Shown here piece after piece: positions 28,495 through 40,027 of a stretch of 58,907 nt of DNA; the stretch's first letter is position 1, and each line of letters starts with the position of its first letter. Position numbers and translations under genes: made by a program. The notes below the pieces were generated by a model. The model was given only the letters and a program-made list of their open reading frames with translations. It was not told the origin of the DNA and did not search any database. Origin of the DNA: a virus (lineage: Duplodnaviria; Caudoviricetes); IMG/VR virus record IMGVR_UViG_3300032237_000741, positions 1-58,907 of that record; one strand, 5' to 3'.

Positions 28495-31059
28495 TTGGCA
28501 TATCAAAACGCATGTTACCAGAGAAGTAAAAATGTTGTGCACATCTGGGATGATAAGCACGGACATTTGCAAATACCATATAAAAAATATGCGTATAAAC
28601 GAGTAGCACATGGAAAACACACTACTTTGGACGGCTACAAAGTAGAAAAAGTTTCTGATTGGGACGAATCTGACGAATCTAGAGGTCTTTTATATGAATC
28701 GGATGTCAATCCAGTTACAAGAACTTTGATTGACATGTATTATGAAACTGATGACATGTCTGATGGACATCGTGAACTGTTTTTTGATATAGAAGTGAAC
28801 ACTGAGGGAGGATATGCTAAACCGGAAGATCCATGGCAACCGATGACATCTGTATCATTTTACGACCGTGCTGGCAAAAGAAAAGTTGCTATAATTGTCG
28901 ACAAAGACAATGTAATCAAACCATACACCGATGCTAATTTGATTTTAGAGGTTGTGACAAATGAAATGGATTTGATTAATAAGTTTTTAACTTACTATGT
29001 AGAAATACAGCCCACAATATTATCAGGATGGAACATTGACTTTTTCGATATTCCATACATGTACAACAGAATAGTAATAGTTGCTGGAAAGCAATTTGCA
29101 AATATGTTATCTCCGATCGGAGAGGTAGAATTCTTGAAAAATAGGAACATGTATAAAATTCAGGGAGTTACCAGTTACGATTACATGTATTTGTATAAGT
29201 TGTTTACTCAGAATGAAGAAGTTTCTTACACATTAGACGCTATATCTAAAAAAGAGCTAGGGCATGGCAAAATTCAATTTGAAGGTACTTTAGAACATTT
29301 GTATCGAACAGACATTGAAAAATATGTTGAATACAACGTCAATGACGTGAGTTTAGTTGTGGACTTAGAAGAAAAACTCAAGTACATTTCATTGGCTCGT
29401 GGTATTTGCCATAAAGGGCATGTAGCATACGATGAAATTTATCAAACTACTCGATATCTGGACGGAGCATGTTTAGTTTACATGAAACGTTTAGGCATTG
29501 TAGCCCCAAATCGTAAAAAACATCAGCATTCAGAGGACGGTGAAGAAGATTCCAATGAATTTGAAGGAGCATTTGTAAAAGATCCTATTCCAGGTTTGTA
29601 TGAATGGACTTTTGACGAGGATATGGCAGCCCTGTATCCGAACGTAATGCGAACTTTGAACATTTCTCCAGAAACTAAAGTAGGTAGAATTGAAAATTGG
29701 AATGAAATCAAGCAAGATTTCTATGAAGACAATTTTACAAATGCAAATGCTAAACTTAAATCAGGTTCTAAACATCAATTGATTCCTGTATCCGAACTTC
29801 GTCAGGCTTTAACAGAAAGTCGATATTCAGTTACAAGTATAGGGGTGGTCTATGATTTGGATAAGAAAGGATTGGTTCCTTCTATTCTAGAAGCTTGGTC
29901 AAATGAACGTGAAGAATTCCGTGGATTGGCTAAGAAATACGCTTCTGATGGTAACCAAGAAATGGCAGAGTTCTTTGATAACCGTCAGCAAGTTGCGAAG
30001 AGAATGAACAACTCGTTGTACGGTGCTTTAGGAGCCCCAGGTTTTAGATTCCACGATCTAGACAATGCGGAATCGATTACACTTTGTGGTCAGGACATTG
30101 TAAAACATGCAATGTTCAAAGGCAATGAGTGGTTTACAAAACAGTTAGGTGTGGAAAAAGACTATGTAATTTATGTAGACACTGACTCAACGTTCTTTTC
30201 TGCAGCACCATTAATTAAAATGATGGAAGAAAGTTTCTCGAAAAAGTTATCGGACGCAGAAAAAGCAGATTTAACTTTTAAAACTTCGCAGGTAGTAGAA
30301 AATTACATCAATGCCAGTTGGGATTCTTTTGTAAAAGTTCGATTCAATGTACCTTCACACTTTTTCAACATCAAGCAAGAGTATGTCGCTTCTGCAGGCT
30401 TTTGGATTGCTCGTAAGCGCTACGCGCAGTTGATTATATCTGAAAAAGGAGTATCTATCAAAGACAAGACAAACGGATCTAAAGAATGGAAGTTGGATGT
30501 GAAAGGAATGGACGTTATTCGTTCAGACTTTCCTAAAGCATTCAGAGAATCAATGTCTGATATATTGATTAGTATATTACAGAAAGCTTCGAAAGAAACT
30601 ATTGATGACAAAGTAATTGCCATACGAGAAGGAATAAAGACAGCTCCTTTGTTAGACATTATGTCTCCGACAGGTGTGAAAGATGTGAGTAAATGGAAAG
30701 TGAAGAAAGCAAAAGGCGAAGTATTCGCAAACAGAATTAAAGGAACTCCGATACATGTCAAGTCCGCATTGAATTACAATGATTTGCTCGATTATTACAA
30801 ATGCAAACAATTACCAATAGCAGATGGCGAAAAAATTAAATGGGCGTATTTGAAAAGAAATGTGCTAGGTTTAGACACTTGTGCTCTGAAAGGCTTTGAA
30901 GATCCGGAAGAAATCGTTAAATTTATAACAGATAACATCGACTTTGAGAAGATATTTGAATCCAAGTTACAGAACAAGTTAGAAGACTTTTACAATGCAT
31001 TGAATTATGGCCCAGTTCCTAAAGATAAAAACATCGAAGATTTCTTTTCATTCAGTTAA
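28495..31059 (+). CDS. Family B DNA polymerase with 3'-5' exonuclease
   Basis: FFDIEV, GWNIDFFD, YNVND, DMAALYP, KRMNNSLYG, YVDTDS, KRYA. Confidence 0.95.
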   Translation: MAYQNACYQRSKNVVHIWDDKHGHLQIPYKKYAYKRVAHGKHTTLDGYKVEKVSDWDESDESRGLLYESDVNPVTRTLIDMYYETDDMSDGHRELFFDIEVNTEGGYAKPEDPWQPMTSVSFYDRAGKRKVAIIVDKDNVIKPYTDANLILEVVTNEMDLINKFLTYYVEIQPTILSGWNIDFFDIPYMYNRIVIVAGKQFANMLSPIGEVEFLKNRNMYKIQGVTSYDYMYLYKLFTQNEEVSYTLDAISKKELGHGKIQFEGTLEHLYRTDIEKYVEYNVNDVSLVVDLEEKLKYISLARGICHKGHVAYDEIYQTTRYLDGACLVYMKRLGIVAPNRKKHQHSEDGEEDSNEFEGAFVKDPIPGLYEWTFDEDMAALYPNVMRTLNISPETKVGRIENWNEIKQDFYEDNFTNANAKLKSGSKHQLIPVSELRQALTESRYSVTSIGVVYDLDKKGLVPSILEAWSNEREEFRGLAKKYASDGNQEMAEFFDNRQQVAKRMNNSLYGALGAPGFRFHDLDNAESITLCGQDIVKHAMFKGNEWFTKQLGVEKDYVIYVDTDSTFFSAAPLIKMMEESFSKKLSDAEKADLTFKTSQVVENYINASWDSFVKVRFNVPSHFFNIKQEYVASAGFWIARKRYAQLIISEKGVSIKDKTNGSKEWKLDVKGMDVIRSDFPKAFRESMSDILISILQKASKETIDDKVIAIREGIKTAPLLDIMSPTGVKDVSKWKVKKAKGEVFANRIKGTPIHVKSALNYNDLLDYYKCKQLPIADGEKIKWAYLKRNVLGLDTCALKGFEDPEEIVKFITDNIDFEKIFESKLQNKLEDFYNALNYGPVPKDKNIEDFFSFS

Positions 31060-31066
31060 TTAATAT

Positions 31067-31423
31067 ATGAACACAAAAACTGCTGTAATTGTTAAGCTAC
31101 AGGTCGAGGGAATTCACAACTTCGCACTAGCTAAAAAAATGTTTCCACAAGTCGGATTTTTACAATTTCCGCACAGGCACATGTTTCACATAAAAGCTTC
31201 TAAAGAAGTTTTTCATGATGACAGAGATGTGGAATTTATCACGTTCAAACGTGATATCGTGAATTGGTTACATCACCACTATTACGATGCGTCTGAAGAA
31301 CTTTTAGACTTCGGAGGAATGTCATGTGAAATGATAGCAAGAACTTTATTGGAATATTTCCATTGCGATTATGTTGAAGTCTGGGAAGACGATGAAAATG
31401 GAGCGAGGGTTGAGTGTATATGA
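31067..31423 (+). CDS. QueD-like T-fold protein, DpdL-like (putative CDG decarboxylase)
   Basis: LQFPHRHMF fits the LxxxHRHxF signature as I recall it for DpdL; SCEMIA, EDDENGA; near the DpdA-like gene. Confidence 0.7.
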   Translation: MNTKTAVIVKLQVEGIHNFALAKKMFPQVGFLQFPHRHMFHIKASKEVFHDDRDVEFITFKRDIVNWLHHHYYDASEELLDFGGMSCEMIARTLLEYFHCDYVEVWEDDENGARVECI

Positions 31424-32415
31424 GAACTGTGTATGTTGTAATAGATAAACTTCTTACTGAAGAAGACTCTTGGGAAACCAATTTAACTTCATTGCTACAA
31501 GGATATGTAGATGCTGCGCAAATCACAGACTTTCAAATTGAAGATGTACGAGAATTTGACAAAGTAAAGCCTTCATTTGAAAAGAAAGTGATTAAACCTA
31601 AAGACATTTTCATTTTCACAAATGCATGGACTACTTCAATTCAATACATTAAACATTGGTCGGAATTTTACAAAGTGCCAGTGACTATGTTAGGGTTTTG
31701 GTCTAAAGGTTGTTTCATCAATTCAGACCCAGATTTCCGACCTTTAAATGACAGATCTTGGAGAAAATTACATGAGACTACTAACATGAAGTGTTTGGAC
31801 AAATCGTTTTTCTTAAACGATTGGTATAAAAATCAATTTCAAGATGAAATTTCAAGAGGGTCGAATCCAGACAAGTTACAAGTTTGTAAATTTCCTTTAG
31901 ACTATTTGTCATTGGAACTTTCTTTAATTAAAGACAGTTACTACAAACAGAACATGGTGATTTTTCCATGGAGCAATTACAACAGCCTGCACGAGCAAAT
32001 TGTATATGATTTCATCAGGGTCTTTAAAAAGTCGAAGATAATTTTTGCACAGGAAAATTCTCCAATGCAAAGAATTCCGTTGATGCATCAAATGTCTAAA
32101 GCAAAGGTAGCGTTTCTACCATATACATATCCAAATATAGGGCAGGAAATTTACGAATGTTTTCTTTTAGAAACTATACCCGTCGTACCCGATATAGATG
32201 GATTTAAAGAATTGGTACCAAAAGAATTTCGTTATCCGCCGGAGTGGACAGATTCAATATTCAATTATTGTAAATTTGCTCCGGATTTAACAGGTAAGAT
32301 ACAAACTATGTTGGATTCCTATGAAGAATTGAAACCATTGTTATTACAGCATCAGGAACGCTTGACAGAACACTATTTTGACTCTGAACAAATAATCAAA
32401 GAAATATTTGCATAA
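31420..32415 (+). CDS. Degenerate GT-B-like protein
   Basis: Resembles the 27234 product (IFPW, NIGQEIYECF, PVVPD) but lacks a canonical E-x7-E. Confidence 0.5.
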   Translation: MRTVYVVIDKLLTEEDSWETNLTSLLQGYVDAAQITDFQIEDVREFDKVKPSFEKKVIKPKDIFIFTNAWTTSIQYIKHWSEFYKVPVTMLGFWSKGCFINSDPDFRPLNDRSWRKLHETTNMKCLDKSFFLNDWYKNQFQDEISRGSNPDKLQVCKFPLDYLSLELSLIKDSYYKQNMVIFPWSNYNSLHEQIVYDFIRVFKKSKIIFAQENSPMQRIPLMHQMSKAKVAFLPYTYPNIGQEIYECFLLETIPVVPDIDGFKELVPKEFRYPPEWTDSIFNYCKFAPDLTGKIQTMLDSYEELKPLLLQHQERLTEHYFDSEQIIKEIFA

Positions 32416-32438
32416 TTCAATAGAATACTATATATTTA
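32407..32438 (+). promoter_or_regulatory. Bacteroidota-type promoter TTTG-N20-TATATTTA
   Basis: Directly before the DpdA-like gene. Confidence 0.55.
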
Positions 32439-32441
32439 TTT

Positions 32442-33731
32442 ATGAATAACACAATTATTGACAATACTTTGCCAAAAAAACTCTGCTATTTCCCTTCGCT
32501 ATCTGCAGGAGCGTATGCATCTCCAATTAAAAGGAAGGCTGAAGTATGCCCCGGAATCCCATATCGATTTTGGGAAGACGCTACCCCGGAAGAGTGGAGA
32601 TATAAGTATTTCCTTTTAACTGCAGGCCACTTGTACAAAAAGCAAAATGTTCGTAAAGATTGGAATTTAGAAGATACTTTGGTATTCGGAGACTCCGGCG
32701 GTTTCCAAATTGCCACAGGAGCTTTGAAATGGGACATGAATTTGCGTGATCAAATATTCCATTGGTTAGAAGCCAACTCGGACATTGCTGCAAATATTGA
32801 CATTCCTCCTCGAGTGATTTACGAAGGACACTTTCAAGAAGCTTTGGACATCAGTTTAGACAACTTCAAGTACTTTGAAAAGAAACAGTCCGGAAAGACT
32901 AAATTTTTGAATGTAGTGCAAGGTTCTAATCCGGCAGAGTTTGACCATTGGTACAAAACTGTGAAAGACATGGAATTTGGCGGTTGGTGCATTGGTTCGT
33001 CTAGAAGATTAGTAGACTTTATGTATATACTATCTAAGATGATTAAAGATGGTGAGTTTTTGAAACCATACAATACTTGGGTTCACTTGCTAGGTATATC
33101 CAAAGTATCAGACTTCTTCATTTTAGCACAGATACAAAAATGTATGAACTTGTATACTGGAAACAGAATTACTGTATCAACAGACTCCTCTTCTCCAGGT
33201 CAATATCCTGTCTTTGGCCAGGTAGTTTGGAGTCCGAATTGGAAAGATCAAGTATTCAATATGTTATACTTTCCTAAAGATGGTAGTAATATAGCTTACC
33301 CAGAAGGAGCGCATATACCTTCACTAATCAATCATCCAGGTGTAAAGTATTTTACGTATGACATTGTTAAAAATTGGTCAACAGAAGCTGTAACTCGCGC
33401 TACATATCACAATTTGTATATGTACATTTACACTGCAGAAAATGCAGAGAAGTTGATTAACAACTGTACAATGGAAGTATTAGTTGAACTTTTACCGAAC
33501 GAATTAATTCAGGTATTGAAGTCAATTGAAGAAATGTTTAACTCTCCAGACCCTACAATGGTTTACGAAAGATATCGTTCTTACTACACTAAATTTGGAG
33601 GGGAGAACGTTGCAAACATTGCAAAAGATGTTGTTGAAAACTTCTTTGACTTTACTCCAGTGAGTAATGCACAACATGAAAAAGAATTAAAAAAGGCAGC
33701 AGTTGCTGCGGCAAAAGCAAATAAAATATAA
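32442..33731 (+). CDS. dpdA: TGT-fold 7-deazaguanine insertion enzyme (DpdA-like, probably DpdA3 type)
   Basis: [32 protein letters not shown]-family motifs; context with folE/queD/queE. Confidence 0.75.
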   Translation: MNNTIIDNTLPKKLCYFPSLSAGAYASPIKRKAEVCPGIPYRFWEDATPEEWRYKYFLLTAGHLYKKQNVRKDWNLEDTLVFGDSGGFQIATGALKWDMNLRDQIFHWLEANSDIAANIDIPPRVIYEGHFQEALDISLDNFKYFEKKQSGKTKFLNVVQGSNPAEFDHWYKTVKDMEFGGWCIGSSRRLVDFMYILSKMIKDGEFLKPYNTWVHLLGISKVSDFFILAQIQKCMNLYTGNRITVSTDSSSPGQYPVFGQVVWSPNWKDQVFNMLYFPKDGSNIAYPEGAHIPSLINHPGVKYFTYDIVKNWSTEAVTRATYHNLYMYIYTAENAEKLINNCTMEVLVELLPNELIQVLKSIEEMFNSPDPTMVYERYRSYYTKFGGENVANIAKDVVENFFDFTPVSNAQHEKELKKAAVAAAKANKI

Positions 33732-35348
<1,617 letters not shown>

Positions 35349-35349
35349 T

Positions 35350-35382
35350 TTTGAATTGATAAAAGAAGTACATATATTTAAG
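35350..35382 (+). promoter_or_regulatory. Bacteroidota-type promoter TTTG-N19-TATATTTAAG
   Basis: Before the clamp gene. Confidence 0.6.
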
Positions 35383-35397
35383 TATAAATAAAAATTT

Positions 35398-36111
35398 ATG
35401 AATAAAGCAAATTTAATCGGTTTCATTAATCGGTATTTCCTATCTGGCAATACAGACTCGGCCAAGTTAGAAGTTTCAGAAAAGAAGCTTTCTACAAAAT
35501 TCATTTCCTCTGACCAAAACGTAATTGGCGAGGTCATTCTTAATGAATTTGATACTCCTGACGTAGAGTTAGGTGTGTATTCAACATCGCAGTTGGTTAA
35601 AATGCTAACTGCTTTGGATGATAAGATTGAAATTGCTTATGGTGAGGTAGATAAGAAAGTTTATTCAATGAACTTCAAAGACACTAACACCAATGTAACT
35701 TATATGCTAGCTGATTTGTCAGTCATCAAACAAGTTCCGAATTTGAAGACGTTGCCGGACTTCGATGTTCAAATTGAATTGAACAAAGAGTTTGCGAATA
35801 ACTTTAAGAAGGCAGCAAATGCAATTCCAGACTCAGACAACTTCGGTGTTACTTGCGATGGTACTGATACGAAAATTATCATCAACCACTCAAGTGTGAA
35901 TACAAATCGTATTGTGTTCAAGACAGAAGCTAAAAATTCTAAAGCAATGGACACAGTTTGTTTCTCAGCAAAGCTGTTCAAAGAAATTTTAAATGCAAAC
36001 TCTGACGCGACAGGAATTTTAGAAGTATCTTCTAAAGGTCTTGCAAGAGTTGTGTTTACCAACACAGACTTCACATCTACTTATTACTTAGTTAAATTGA
36101 CTATAGCATAA
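35398..36111 (+). CDS. Sliding clamp (T4 gp45/PCNA-like)
   Basis: 237 aa, LGVY..SQL, YMLAD, VSSKGL...YYL pattern; upstream of the clamp loader. Confidence 0.7.
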   Translation: MNKANLIGFINRYFLSGNTDSAKLEVSEKKLSTKFISSDQNVIGEVILNEFDTPDVELGVYSTSQLVKMLTALDDKIEIAYGEVDKKVYSMNFKDTNTNVTYMLADLSVIKQVPNLKTLPDFDVQIELNKEFANNFKKAANAIPDSDNFGVTCDGTDTKIIINHSSVNTNRIVFKTEAKNSKAMDTVCFSAKLFKEILNANSDATGILEVSSKGLARVVFTNTDFTSTYYLVKLTIA

Positions 36112-36137
36112 TTAGAAACGGACTTTTTGACTATTGA

Positions 36138-36170
36138 CGCCCATATTTATTATAAAGATAGATATGGGCG
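36138..36170 (+). promoter_or_regulatory. Hairpin containing ATATTTAT and sequestering the endonuclease ATG
   Basis: CGCCCATATTTAT / ATAGATATGGGCG 13-bp stem (one G-U); ATG at 36164 lies in the 3' arm. Confidence 0.75.
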
Positions 36171-36970
36171 GAATTAGGTTAATTGACAAGAATTGTAATC
36201 GTTGCGGCATTTTGTATAAAGGGATACATAATCAACATTTATGTCAAGCATGTAAAGAAATTGGATTTGATAGAGTTTGCAAACATTGTGAATGTACATT
36301 CATTACAAAATATCGATATACTAATCATTGTAATGTTTGCAAAGATAACCTTCAGTGGAAACGTGGAAATTTCCCTGAAAGAGGTCTTTCAATATCAAAA
36401 TCGAAAAAAGAGTTTTTTCAAACTGATCATGGAAAGCAAGTTGCTGCATTAGTCGGGGCGGCAAATTCGGTGAATATGAAACAGTATCTTCAGACTGAAG
36501 AAGGTATACAATCCTTAAAGCGTCGAGGAGAGAAAATATCGTTGACTATGAAGCGTAAAATTGCAGAAGGTACGTATACTCCGAAAATTACAAATTCATT
36601 TACTCATTGGGATGCTATAATTGATACGGGGTCTGAGATTAAAAAGTTTCGTAGTAGTTGGGAAGCTTGTATTTGGTATAGCAACCAAACTTGGCAGTAT
36701 GAAAAAATACGAATCAAGTATATTGGTGGTGATGGAAAAGAACATGTATATATCGTCGATTTTTTCGATCCGATAAATAATATACTTTATGAAGTTAAGC
36801 CAGCTATACATGTTAAAGATAGCCTAAACAAAATGCTAGCAGCTCAAGAATATTGCCAATTAAATCAGATGCAATATATTTTGATATCTGAAAAGGATTT
36901 ATTAAATTATATTAGTCCAGAAATTTTCTCTGGAGTAAATAAAAAACAATTAGAAAAATGTTTGAAGTAG
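36164..36970 (+). CDS. Free-standing endonuclease (Zn-ribbon CxxC repeats plus TnsA-like PD-(D/E)xK domain)
   Basis: Four CxxC pairs; FRSSWE, YEKIRIKY, YIVDF...EVKP; overlaps the clamp-loader start. Confidence 0.8.
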   Translation: MGGIRLIDKNCNRCGILYKGIHNQHLCQACKEIGFDRVCKHCECTFITKYRYTNHCNVCKDNLQWKRGNFPERGLSISKSKKEFFQTDHGKQVAALVGAANSVNMKQYLQTEEGIQSLKRRGEKISLTMKRKIAEGTYTPKITNSFTHWDAIIDTGSEIKKFRSSWEACIWYSNQTWQYEKIRIKYIGGDGKEHVYIVDFFDPINNILYEVKPAIHVKDSLNKMLAAQEYCQLNQMQYILISEKDLLNYISPEIFSGVNKKQLEKCLK

Positions 36971-37890
36971 ATAACAGCGGGATTTGGGTTGAAAAATACC
37001 GACCCTCTACGTTAGATGGTTACGTCGGTAACCAACATATCATTGAAAAATGTAAAATTTGGTTAGAGCAAGGAGAAATACCGCACATATTGTTATATGG
37101 AACTGCGGGTACTGGAAAAACAACTCTAGCAAAGATATTAGCAAACTCCATCGACGCGACAATTATGTATCTAAATTGTTCCGATGAAAATTCAGTAGAT
37201 ACTGTTCGAGAAAAAATTAAGAGTTATGCATCGACAATGTCCTTTACTAGATGGAAGGTAATCATATGCGACGAGTTTGATTACATGACAGTAAATGGCC
37301 AAGCAGCGCTTCGTAATTTGATGGAGACGTTTTCTAAGACAACTCGTTTCATTTTAACGTGTAACTATGTAGAAAAGATCATCGATCCTATTCAGTCTCG
37401 CTGTCAGACGTTTGCAATCACACCTCCTACAAAAAAGGATGTAGCTATCAGAGTAAATGAAATACTTAAGGCAGAGGCTGTGACATACAATCCAGCCGAC
37501 TTGGTGACTATTGTCAATGCCGGATATCCAGATATCAGGAGAATTTTAAATTCTTGTCAACGTCAAGTAGTTGCTGGTACTTTGAAGATAGACAAACAAT
37601 CACTACTCGAGTCCAATTACATGGACAAAGTGATAGAGCTTCTAGCTTCTAAGCCAGAAAGAAAACAATTATTCACAAACATTAGACAGTTGATAGCCGA
37701 CAGTGGTGTAAAAGATTATACATCTCTTTACAAGCACTTGTATGACAATTTAGAGTCTTTCGCGACAGGTCATATAGCAGGAGTAATACTTATTTTAGCA
37801 GAGTCTCAATACAAAGATACTTTTGTAGTAGATAAGGAAATACATATTGCATCAATGTTTATTCAAATTTTAAATGAAATATATGGTTAA
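36958..37890 (+). CDS. Clamp loader AAA+ subunit (RFC/gp44-like)
   Basis: WVEKYRP, GTAGTGKTT, DEFD, SRC. Confidence 0.93.
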   Translation: MFEVDNSGIWVEKYRPSTLDGYVGNQHIIEKCKIWLEQGEIPHILLYGTAGTGKTTLAKILANSIDATIMYLNCSDENSVDTVREKIKSYASTMSFTRWKVIICDEFDYMTVNGQAALRNLMETFSKTTRFILTCNYVEKIIDPIQSRCQTFAITPPTKKDVAIRVNEILKAEAVTYNPADLVTIVNAGYPDIRRILNSCQRQVVAGTLKIDKQSLLESNYMDKVIELLASKPERKQLFTNIRQLIADSGVKDYTSLYKHLYDNLESFATGHIAGVILILAESQYKDTFVVDKEIHIASMFIQILNEIYG

Positions 37891-38218
37891 GAAAATCTTA
37901 AATTGGTTAAGTCCATTAAATTGGTTCTTTGCAAAGAACGCTGATAAAATATCAGAAACAGACTATGCTAGATTGCAAAAGAATGCATTCTCAAAGCCTA
38001 GTCCAATTTTAAAGCCGGCATTGGAAAACAAATTGGTAGTTGTAACAGAACGACCTGTTACTGAAAAAGAAATGGTTGAAGATGAATTTTCAACTGTGAA
38101 TTGGTCTCGCGTAACTGTAGAAGGCAAAAAGAAGCTTATTGCAATAGCGAAAGAAGATATTTTAATGCAAATTGAAAGTAGACCTGCTTTTCCATTGCCA
38201 CTTAACACCTCTCATTAA
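37883..38218 (+). CDS. Hypothetical protein
   Basis: ORF overlapping the clamp-loader stop; start uncertain. Confidence 0.5.
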   Translation: MVKKILNWLSPLNWFFAKNADKISETDYARLQKNAFSKPSPILKPALENKLVVVTERPVTEKEMVEDEFSTVNWSRVTVEGKKKLIAIAKEDILMQIESRPAFPLPLNTSH

Positions 38219-38236
38219 TTAATCATTAATACTTAT

Positions 38237-38479
38237 ATGCAAAAGACGGCTACAAAACAACAACAGCAGCAGCTTAAGCTAGATGTTAGAAAAACCACTC
38301 CTATAGTATGTGATACTGAAGGTTGTGGAAGCGAAGTATTCATTCCGGCAATGAAATTTCGCAGAGTACCTAAGCTTCTGACCGGTTCGAAGGAAGATCA
38401 AATTTTACCAGTATCCATATATATGTGTGTATCTTGCGGTTCAATACCAGCACAATTTGACTTAGATATAGAAGGATAA
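38237..38479 (+). CDS. Small Zn-ribbon protein
   Basis: CDTEGC...CVSC. Confidence 0.65.
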   Translation: MQKTATKQQQQQLKLDVRKTTPIVCDTEGCGSEVFIPAMKFRRVPKLLTGSKEDQILPVSIYMCVSCGSIPAQFDLDIEG

Positions 38480-38982
38480 TGGCAAAGGCAACGAAAACTA
38501 AAAAAACTTCAGTAGTTAAAGATACTGTTGATAAAGTTAAAGTTGCAACCATTTTTGACCATCTAGCAAATATTACAGATAAAAAAACTCCGTGGAGTGA
38601 ATTATCTGAAATGGATAGGAAATCGTTTAGTCCCTTTATGATTAATCGATTTCTTTCCATGAATATAGACTTTATTGAGCTTGTAAATGAGTTGCAACAA
38701 TATACTATCGGACAACTAACACCTGAACAAACTTATACTCTTTATTTGGAGCTGTTGCCTAAACAACGACAGTTCAATAAGTATATTAAAGGAAAGAAGG
38801 AAGGTAAGTACAGCTCAGACTTAGTCAATTTAGTTCGTAAACACTTCGATATTAGCCAGAAAGAAGCTCTCGAATATATTGACTTATATTTTGAAGACAG
38901 GCTAGAATCGCTTAAGGAAATTATAAAGAAATATGCGTACTCTGAAAAGGAAATCTCAGTGTTACTTAAGACTGAAAAATAA
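38479..38982 (+). CDS. Putative clamp loader small subunit (gp62-like)
   Basis: IFDHL..I, FSPFMINRFLS, YIKGKK, EALEY pattern. Confidence 0.6.
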   Translation: MAKATKTKKTSVVKDTVDKVKVATIFDHLANITDKKTPWSELSEMDRKSFSPFMINRFLSMNIDFIELVNELQQYTIGQLTPEQTYTLYLELLPKQRQFNKYIKGKKEGKYSSDLVNLVRKHFDISQKEALEYIDLYFEDRLESLKEIIKKYAYSEKEISVLLKTEK

Positions 38983-39022
38983 TTACGATAATTCAGATAA
39001 ATAAAAAACAAACTTTTAAAAT

Positions 39023-39265
39023 ATGAAAAAGATTAAGTATTACGTAGGAATTTTACCACAAGACCAGCCTAGATTCTGGGAATATGTATTCAATTTGAAT
39101 GAAGATACTGATGCGATGTATCATGTACGAGTTGTTGGAGAGTTCGACGACCCGGGCGGATACTATTCATTTACTGTAGAAGGTACATGGGAGTCTTATA
39201 AGTGTTTTTTAAACGCTGTGAAGATGTCATTTGTTAAATCAGTCGAACATTTCGAACAAGATTAA
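39023..39265 (+). CDS. Hypothetical protein
   Basis: 80-aa ATG ORF with A-rich leader. Confidence 0.55.
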   Translation: MKKIKYYVGILPQDQPRFWEYVFNLNEDTDAMYHVRVVGEFDDPGGYYSFTVEGTWESYKCFLNAVKMSFVKSVEHFEQD

Positions 39266-39287
39266 AAATAAAATAGCAGTAGTATAT

Positions 39288-39980
39288 ATGGCAATTATCA
39301 GTTTATCAGGACGCATCGGAAGTGGAAAAGATACCGCAGCCGCGATAATACAACAAATTGCTCCATACCACAATTGGCAAGTGAAGAAGTTTGCTGGAAA
39401 ACTCAAGCAAATTGCTTCGATACTAACAGGAATTCCTGTTGAAAAGTTTGAAAGTCAAGACTTTAAAAAGACTTTCCTTTCCAGTGAATGGGATACTGTT
39501 AAACTGGTTGGTAGCGGGCTTCGGCAAGATGGTTTTGATGGGGTGAAAACACCTGTAATCAATTCTATGTCAGTTCGAGATTTGCTACAGAAGTTAGGTA
39601 CTGAAGCAATTCGCGATGGTCTACATAAAGATGTTTGGGTCAATGCACTTTTTTCCGAATATCGACCGTTAAATGATGAATCTAGAGTTTCGATGGGGAA
39701 TGTTTTGGACTATTCAAATTGTAAATTTCCGAATTGGATAATAACCGATACTCGTTTTGAAAATGAATTACATGCTGTGAAAGCGCGTCAAGGAATTACC
39801 ATTAAAATAGTGTGCGACTCCAATAATGAAATAGTAAATCAGCACAGTTCAGAAAATGCGTTGGACCACGTGAAAGACTGGGACTACATCATAAACAACG
39901 TCGGTGCTGTGGAAGAATTAAAACAAAAACTATATGAAATACTTTTAAAAGAATCCTTAATTCAGTCTCCAGTACTTTAG
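39288..39980 (+). CDS. Deoxynucleoside monophosphate kinase (T4 gp1-like)
   Basis: SGRIGSGKDT, FAGKLK, RDLLQKLGTE, ITDTRFENE, HSSE. Confidence 0.88.
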   Translation: MAIISLSGRIGSGKDTAAAIIQQIAPYHNWQVKKFAGKLKQIASILTGIPVEKFESQDFKKTFLSSEWDTVKLVGSGLRQDGFDGVKTPVINSMSVRDLLQKLGTEAIRDGLHKDVWVNALFSEYRPLNDESRVSMGNVLDYSNCKFPNWIITDTRFENELHAVKARQGITIKIVCDSNNEIVNQHSSENALDHVKDWDYIINNVGAVEELKQKLYEILLKESLIQSPVL

Positions 39981-40027
39981 GTGAAATCAATTGATTTACT
40001 TATATTAAAAGTCTAATTATACTAATT

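Noticed and set aside
32442-33731. Ordinary tRNA-guanine transglycosylase for queuosine
   Set aside because: Divergent, no CxCxxC zinc site seen, and located among DNA replication genes; a DNA/nucleotide-level role is favoured but unproven
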